Assembly (NCBI GenBank): GCA_031414955.1
Contig: JANOQV010000012.1
Coordinates: 34,750 to 98,749, forward strand
DNA length: 64,000 nucleotides
From: Pedosphaera sp.
GTDB taxonomy: Bacteria; Verrucomicrobiota; Verrucomicrobiia; Limisphaerales; SIBH01
Direction of reading: 5' to 3'
Positions 60,275 through 64,000 of the stretch are shown piece by piece; within the stretch, counting starts at the first letter, position 1; each line of letters begins with the position of its first letter. Made by a program: the position numbers and the translations under genes. The notes beneath the pieces are model-generated. The model was not told the origin of the DNA. It did no database searches and worked only from the letters and a program-made list of their open reading frames with translations.

Positions 60275-60751
60275 ATGCCATTAACATTTAACATCTGCCA
60301 CTTGGGGAAGAAAGATCTCCACCTTCAGGGCGAGTTACCGGTCGAGGAACTGGAGTTGGACTTGCGTGACGACATGGTCCGAGCCCTCGAGCCGTTGAGC
60401 TATGACCTGGAGGCCCAGGAACTGGACGACGCGGCCCTCGTGCGAGGCAACCTCTGCCTGCCCTTGCTCTGCACCTGCGTGCGTTGCCTCAAGGAATTCA
60501 GCGAGGCGCTGGAAATCGACGGCTGGACCTGCCACCTGCCGCTCAAGGGCGAGGATGCCACCTCCGTCGTCAATGATTTGGTGAACTTGACGCCCCTGAT
60601 CCGCGAAGATATTCTCCTCGCGCTTCCGCAACATCCGTTGTGTGAACCGGAGTGCGGCGGCCTCAAGCTACCCGCAAGCGTCAAGGACCCCGGCGAAACG
60701 TCTGAGAAGACCCCTTCGGCTTGGGCTGAACTGGATAAACTGAAACTGTAG
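60275..60751 (+). CDS. yceD: DUF177/YceD family protein
   Basis: C.RCL, IREDILLALP..PLC...C.GL, terminal W..L..L; position before rpmF. Confidence 0.9.
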   Translation: MPLTFNICHLGKKDLHLQGELPVEELELDLRDDMVRALEPLSYDLEAQELDDAALVRGNLCLPLLCTCVRCLKEFSEALEIDGWTCHLPLKGEDATSVVNDLVNLTPLIREDILLALPQHPLCEPECGGLKLPASVKDPGETSEKTPSAWAELDKLKL

Positions 60752-60762
60752 AACATAAAGTT

Positions 60763-60951
60763 ATGGGCGTTCCCAAGAGAAAACCGTCGAAGAGCCGCCA
60801 GCGTATGCGCCGGGCGTATAACAGCGTGCTGAAACTGCCACAGCTCAGCACCTGCCCTCAATGCGCCGCGCCATACCGTCCGCATCGCGTGTGTCCGGCT
60901 TGCGGCCATTACAAGGGCCGGCAAGTCCTGACCGTGAAGGCCGGCGCGTAA
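60763..60951 (+). CDS. rpmF: 50S ribosomal protein L32 (Zn-binding type)
   Basis: MGVPKRKPSKSR..MRR, CPQC, PHRVCPACGHYKGR. Confidence 0.98.
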   Translation: MGVPKRKPSKSRQRMRRAYNSVLKLPQLSTCPQCAAPYRPHRVCPACGHYKGRQVLTVKAGA

Positions 60952-61008
60952 TTTCCCTTTGTCACCAGAGCGCGGTTGAGTAGCCCTCTCTGCGCTCTTG
61001 TTGTTTCT

Positions 61009-62034
61009 ATGCGAATAGCTGTTGACGTCATGGGCGGCGACCACGGTAGCGGAGTCGTCGTGGCTGGCGTCAAAATCGCCCTTGGCGCACCCGGTCAGGA
61101 ATTGATCGAGAAACTATTTCTCGTCGGCGCGGAACAAGAGGTCAACGCCGCGCTCCAGGCCCAGGGCTGTTCCGACTCCCGCCTCGAAATCGTCAACGCC
61201 ACCCAGGTGCTGACCATGGAGGACAACCCGCTCACCGCCATCCGGCGCAAGAAAGATTCCTCAGTCGTCCGGGCCGTAGGCCTGGTGCGCGACGGGAAGG
61301 CGGCGGCGGTCATTTCGCTCGGCAACACGGGCGGGTTGGTCGCGGCGGCGACGTTTGGCCTGGGCCGACTGGACGGCGTGAAGCGCCCCGCCATTGTCAC
61401 CGTGATGCCTTCACTGAGTGGACATTTCGTATTGCTGGACGCCGGAGCCAACCCCGAGTGCGAGCCGCTTCATCTGCTTCAATTCGCCATCATCGGCAGT
61501 GTTTACGCCCAGCAAATCCTGGCCATCCCCACGCCGCGCGTCGGCATCCTGAGCAACGGCAGCGAAGAGTTCAAAGGCACCGAACTGACTCAGGAAGCGG
61601 CCGCGCTCTGTCAGAAGTCGGGGCTAAACTTCATCGGCTACGTCGAAGGCAACGAAATCTTCAGTGACCGCGTGGACGTAGTTGTGACCGATGGCTTCGT
61701 CGGCAACATCGTGCTCAAGACGGCCGAGGGTCTCGGCAAAACCATCCTGCAAATCTTGAAACGCGAACTGACCGCCACACCCGTGCGCAAGCTGGGCGCC
61801 TTGCTGGCGAAGAATGGATTCCAGATGCTCAAGCAAAAGATGGATCCGGAGGCTCATGGCGGCGCGCGCATCGTTGGACTCAACGGTACCGTGGTCAAAG
61901 TCCATGGCTCGGCTGGAGAGCGAGTGGTGGCCAATGCCCTCCACCAGATTGCCGCGTCCGCCAGCCAGCAATTCAACGAACACCTCGGAGCCGCGCTGAT
62001 CCGCGCTCAAGCACGCACTGCTGTTCCTGCATGA
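61009..62034 (+). CDS. plsX: Phosphate acyltransferase
   Basis: MRIAVDVMGGD, RRKKDSS, GNTG, LLDAGAN, DVVVTDGFVGN..LK. Confidence 0.97.
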   Translation: MRIAVDVMGGDHGSGVVVAGVKIALGAPGQELIEKLFLVGAEQEVNAALQAQGCSDSRLEIVNATQVLTMEDNPLTAIRRKKDSSVVRAVGLVRDGKAAAVISLGNTGGLVAAATFGLGRLDGVKRPAIVTVMPSLSGHFVLLDAGANPECEPLHLLQFAIIGSVYAQQILAIPTPRVGILSNGSEEFKGTELTQEAAALCQKSGLNFIGYVEGNEIFSDRVDVVVTDGFVGNIVLKTAEGLGKTILQILKRELTATPVRKLGALLAKNGFQMLKQKMDPEAHGGARIVGLNGTVVKVHGSAGERVVANALHQIAASASQQFNEHLGAALIRAQARTAVPA

Positions 62035-63062
62035 AGACAACCAAGAAATTCCGCAACCCCCGCGCCAAGCACAATTTTCAGGGCCGTACCTGTTCCATCG
62101 CTGCCGTCGGCTCTTACGTCCCCGAGCGCGTGCTCTCCAATGCTGATCTCGAAAAAATGGTGGATACCACGGACGACTGGATCGTCTCGCGCACCGGTAT
62201 CAGCGAACGGCGCATCGCCGCGCCCGACGAGTTCACCTCGGACCTGGCCACCAAGGCGGCCCTGCTTGCGATGGAACGGGCCCAGATCCAGCCCGAAGAA
62301 ATTGATCTCATCATCCTGGCCACCATTACCCCGGACATGCCATTCCCGGCGACCGCTTGCCTGGTGCAGCAAAAAATCGGAGCCCGCCGCGCGGCCGCCT
62401 TCGACATGGAAGCCGCCTGTTCCGGCTTTATCTACGGCTTGGAAATCGGCCAGCAGTTCGTCATGTCCCAGACCTACGAAACGGTGCTGGTCATCGGCGC
62501 GGAAAAACTTTCCTCCATCATCAACTGGCGGGATCGCAACACTTGTGTGCTCTTTGGTGATGGGGCGGGCGCGGCCATCCTGCAAAACCGGCCCAACACC
62601 CACGGCCTGCTCACCGCCTGCATGGGGGCCGACGGATCAAAGGCCGATCTGCTTTCACTGCCCGGCGGGGGCAGCCGTTGCCCAGCCACCGCGCAATCCG
62701 TGTCCGATGGCCTCCATTACCTGCGCATGGACGGCAAGGAAACCTTCAAGAACGCGGTCAACGCCATGTACACGGCCGCCGAAGAGGCTCTGCGGCGTTG
62801 CGAACTGGACATCACGCAAATCAAATGCGTGATTCCCCACCAGGCCAACCGCCGCATCATCGACGCCGTCGGGGAGCGTCTCGGGGCCACCGCCGACCAG
62901 GTCTTCATCAACCTGCACAAGTTCGGCAACACTTCCGCCGCCTCCGTAGCCATCGCCTTGGACGAAGCCGTGACGTCCGGCCGGGTCAAGCGCGGGGATT
63001 TGATCCTACTGCTCGTTTTCGGCGCAGGTCTCACCTGGGGCGCGGCGGTCATCGAGTGGTGA
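62031..63062 (+). CDS. fabH: 3-oxoacyl-ACP synthase III
   Basis: AACSGF, LFGDGAGA, PHQANRRI, GNTSAAS, FGAGLTWG. Confidence 0.98.
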   Translation: MKTTKKFRNPRAKHNFQGRTCSIAAVGSYVPERVLSNADLEKMVDTTDDWIVSRTGISERRIAAPDEFTSDLATKAALLAMERAQIQPEEIDLIILATITPDMPFPATACLVQQKIGARRAAAFDMEAACSGFIYGLEIGQQFVMSQTYETVLVIGAEKLSSIINWRDRNTCVLFGDGAGAAILQNRPNTHGLLTACMGADGSKADLLSLPGGGSRCPATAQSVSDGLHYLRMDGKETFKNAVNAMYTAAEEALRRCELDITQIKCVIPHQANRRIIDAVGERLGATADQVFINLHKFGNTSAASVAIALDEAVTSGRVKRGDLILLLVFGAGLTWGAAVIEW

Positions 63063-63274
63063 GGCGTCAGATCGATGAGGAGAAATCAGACGTGCTTCAG
63101 CAGCGCAGACCGAAAAGGGTCGTATGCGGGGTGGATTGAAACTTGGAACCGGCCCTGCACCATCTACGCCTCAGTTGGGTCCAATACACCTCAAACCGGC
63201 AGTTGAGCGGATGGCCGTGGGAGGGAGGTAGGTGTTGGAAAGGCCAGGCCGCAGCCCATCGTTCAGTTGGCCGA

Positions 63275-64000
63275 TCACCCGCCGACCGCGACGGCTGCCG
63301 TCCAGCAACGGCCAAATTTTCCTCGTACCCGCTCTTCCAATTCCTGCGCCGCCTGGAGGTCGTGGGCCATCGCGAAGGTGGTGGAGCCGCTGCCTGACAT
63401 GAGCACGGCGGCGCTGCCATTCTCCCGCAGGAAATCCTGAAGCACGGACAGCCAGGGATATTTGTCCAGTGCCGGGGCTTCGAGGGAGTTGTAGAACTCG
63501 CGGCTGGCCTTCGGCAAATCGTCCGCCTCCAGCAGCGAGATCAGTTTTGCCGCCCGGCCAGGCTGCCCGAGGAACGCAGCCGGGAAACGCGCCAGTTCCT
63601 TGTAGGCCCAGGCCGTTGCAATCCCGAAGCCTGGATGCACCAGCAGCAAAGCGCATCCTTGCAAAGCGCGGAAGGCCGGTAATGAAGTCACCTTTTCACC
63701 CCGGCCGACGGCCACGGCCGGATTACTCTGGAGGAAGAAAGGAATATCCGAGCCAAGTTGGGCGGCGATTTCCAACAGTGTTTCTGCGGAAAGGGGATGC
63801 TCGAAAAGATCGTTCAACGCCAAGAGCGTTGTGCCCGCGTTGCCACTGCCGCCGCCCAGCCCGGCGGCCATCGGAATCTTCTTCTCCAGATGGATGCGCA
63901 CGCCGTCTCGAATGCCGGCCTGCTGAAAAAACGCCATGGCGGCGCGGTGGACGAGATTGCTGGAATCGGTCGGCAGGGTCGGATCGTTGCAAGTGAGCTG
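63275..64000 (-). CDS. ispE: 4-diphosphocytidyl-2-C-methyl-D-erythritol kinase, 5' truncated by window edge
   Basis: KKIPMAAGLGGGSGNA, LGSDIPFF, GRGE, LMSGSGST. Confidence 0.96.
   Translation of the reverse strand, partial: QLTCNDPTLPTDSSNLVHRAAMAFFQQAGIRDGVRIHLEKKIPMAAGLGGGSGNAGTTLLALNDLFEHPLSAETLLEIAAQLGSDIPFFLQSNPAVAVGRGEKVTSLPAFRALQGCALLLVHPGFGIATAWAYKELARFPAAFLGQPGRAAKLISLLEADDLPKASREFYNSLEAPALDKYPWLSVLQDFLRENGSAAVLMSGSGSTTFAMAHDLQAAQELEERVRGKFGRCWTAAVAVGG

Noticed and set aside
63063..63274. Possible ncRNA between fabH and ispE
   Set aside because: No recognisable family motif or convincing structure by eye.

Overview
GC-rich bacterial chromosome segment, most likely Verrucomicrobiota (PVC superphylum), inferred from the DUF1501-DUF1549/1553-cytochrome/WD40 operon, CotH, Ig-repeat surface proteins and kinase-linked ECF sigma. 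Housekeeping genes: uvrA-like, cbiX-like, tRNA-Gly(TCC), ggt, gmd, coaD-yceD-rpmF-plsX-fabH and partial ispE. Accessory highlights: (1) a FecR-TPR-beta-barrel receptor, CHASE2-Ser/Thr kinase and ECF sigma operon, divergent from two paralogous RCC1-propeller/Ig surface proteins with hypervariable loops; these share a repeated candidate ECF promoter and are separated by a GNAT toxin-antitoxin pair; (2) a parallel FecR + CHASE2-adenylate cyclase module divergent from another giant surface protein; (3) an unexplained cassette of XRE-HTH, a helical protein with a Trp-rich leader, a 21-bp-period quasi-palindromic array and a tail-collar-like protein; (4) many palindromic/heptamer repeats, several inserted in-frame into genes (four in uvrA). 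All calls are from motif recognition by eye; no database searches were run.
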